From the NCBI RefSeq assembly GCF_000008385.1, contig NC_006833.1, forward strand, positions 930,001-962,000: a DNA stretch of 32,000 nucleotides, read 5' to 3'. Source of the stretch: Wolbachia endosymbiont strain TRS of Brugia malayi (GTDB taxonomy: Bacteria > Pseudomonadota > Alphaproteobacteria > Rickettsiales > Anaplasmataceae). The position numbers and the translations under genes are program-made. The notes beneath the pieces were generated by a model. It was not told the origin of the DNA and made no database searches. It was given only the letters and a program-made list of their open reading frames with translations. Positions 30,787 to 32,000 of this stretch are shown piece by piece; position 1 is the stretch's first letter; each line of letters opens with the position of its first letter.

Positions 30787-30957
30787 ATGGTAAGAGCAAG
30801 ATCGAATCTAAAAAAAAGGCTAAGACGAAGGTTTATTATGCTTATCCTATTGGCAAATACTTTATTTATTTTGTATTTTTTAATAAGGAATACGGGCAAC
30901 ATTTCCAATCAAATAATAGTAAAAGAAATAAATATAGGAGCTGACAATGAAAGATAA
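30787..30957 (+). CDS. Small membrane protein ORF (56 aa) overlapping the xer recombinase start
   Basis: MVRARSNLKKRLRRRFIMLILLANTLFILYFLIRNTGNISNQIIVKEINIGADNER*; basic N-terminus plus one hydrophobic helix; absent from the ORF track, probably below its size cutoff. Confidence 0.4.
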   Translation: MVRARSNLKKRLRRRFIMLILLANTLFILYFLIRNTGNISNQIIVKEINIGADNER

Positions 30958-31933
30958 GCAGTTACATAATAAAAAAGAAAATCTTTACATCACATATTAC
31001 ATAGATGCTTTAGTGTCAGAAAGGTCCGCTACACAAAATACTTTAGAAAGTTATCGTTCAGATTTACATCAACTTGAAGATTTTCTGCTGAAAAGTGGTA
31101 CTACTTTGGTTGGTGCAAGCAAAACTAATATTAAAGATTATGTGAAGTCTCTATGCACACAAAAAAAATACAAAAGTAGTTCTATATCAAGAAAAATATC
31201 TGCCATGAAAAATTTTTATAAGTGCCTATTTAACGATGGAATAATAGATTCTAACCCAGCTCCAGCTAACGATGACGAATTAAAAAATCCAAAGGTTTTT
31301 CGTCCTTTGCCTAAGTATCTAAGCGTTAAAGAAATGCTTTTGCTGATAGATACAGTTAGAAAATCAGCAAACGAACCGAACAAAGAGATAAATAGTAGAA
31401 GGTTATGCGCTATTTTAGACATCCTCTACTCTTCTGGCATGCGTATCTCTGAATTAATTAGCATGAAATTATGCGAAGTGTCACATTTATTAAACAGTAG
31501 TGACAAAGAATGTTATATAATAATAAAAGGAAAAAGCAGTAAAGAAAGGCAAATCCTCTTTAATGAGCAAGCATTGCAGAGCCTTAGAAATTACTTGTTA
31601 GCCCGCGATAATCTGATTTCTGATAGAAAGGAATCTGATTGGTTGTTTCCAGGTAACAAACCTAATAAGCCAATTACAAGACAGAGAATCGGTCAGTTGG
31701 TTAAGGAATTAGCGAAAAAATGCAATATTGATGAAAATAAAATCTCCCCACATGTGATTAGACACTCCTTTGCCACTCATCTACTAGATAGTGGAGCAAG
31801 CATTATGCTGATACAGAAAATTCTTGGACATACTAACCTTTCTACAACACAAATATACACTCATATTGCTAATAAAAAATTAAAGGATAAATTAGCTAAT
31901 TCACATCCTATCACTCAGATAATCAATAGTTAA
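30947..31933 (+). CDS. xerD: Tyrosine recombinase XerC/XerD family (XerD favoured)
   Basis: 328 aa; N-terminal SAM-like domain, catalytic residues in YSSGMRISELI (R), KGKSSKERQI (K), HVIRHSFATHLLDSGASIMLIQKILGHTNLSTTQIYTHI (H, R, H, Y). Confidence 0.88.
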   Translation: MKDKQLHNKKENLYITYYIDALVSERSATQNTLESYRSDLHQLEDFLLKSGTTLVGASKTNIKDYVKSLCTQKKYKSSSISRKISAMKNFYKCLFNDGIIDSNPAPANDDELKNPKVFRPLPKYLSVKEMLLLIDTVRKSANEPNKEINSRRLCAILDILYSSGMRISELISMKLCEVSHLLNSSDKECYIIIKGKSSKERQILFNEQALQSLRNYLLARDNLISDRKESDWLFPGNKPNKPITRQRIGQLVKELAKKCNIDENKISPHVIRHSFATHLLDSGASIMLIQKILGHTNLSTTQIYTHIANKKLKDKLANSHPITQIINS

Positions 31934-32000
31934 ACTTGTTGTTTTTAATTTATAGTAAAGTTAAATTCAAATAAAGTTCATTTGGGAACAGGCTTTTGTG

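Noticed and set aside
30947-31933. Recombinase as a phage or integron integrase forming part of a mobile island
   Set aside because: The short two-domain layout and sequence fit chromosomal Xer dimer-resolution recombinases; no att-like repeats or cargo were seen nearby.
1-32000. CRISPR array, toxin-antitoxin, restriction-modification or retron-like system
   Set aside because: No regularly spaced direct repeats, nuclease, reverse transcriptase or methyltransferase motifs were seen by eye; the repeats present are palindromic dispersed elements.

Overview
AT-rich window with a gene set that points to an alphaproteobacterial endosymbiont of the Wolbachia type (inference from protein content and characteristic dispersed palindromic repeats; no database search was run). 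Intact housekeeping genes: rmuC (partial), ubiB, znuC, znuA, ndk, hemH, a gshA-type glutamate-cysteine ligase, hslV, hslU, polA, tldD, tRNA-Leu(CAG), hemD, xthA, an AI-2E family transporter, a DnaA/Hda-like ATPase and a XerC/XerD-type recombinase. Between them lie decaying accessory regions: a truncated HK97-fold phage/GTA-like major capsid gene abutting an IS110-type transposase remnant, a frameshifted IS630 transposase, and a gene graveyard at ~4.0-6.1 kb. The graveyard holds a split transglutaminase-like (RGTC-KH) ORF, an NTF2/SnoaL-like relic and an aminoglycoside-phosphotransferase-like relic. Further relics are a dicarboxylate symporter and several endosymbiont-type hypothetical genes. 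The most notable signals are an in-frame 72-nt palindromic element inside otherwise intact hemH, the relic cluster at 4.0-6.1 kb, the HK97 capsid relic, a ~120-bp MITE-like palindromic repeat in two inverted copies, and two unlisted short ORFs overlapping the starts of the Hda-like and xer genes. I found no convincing evidence for a novel intact multi-gene defence or effector system.
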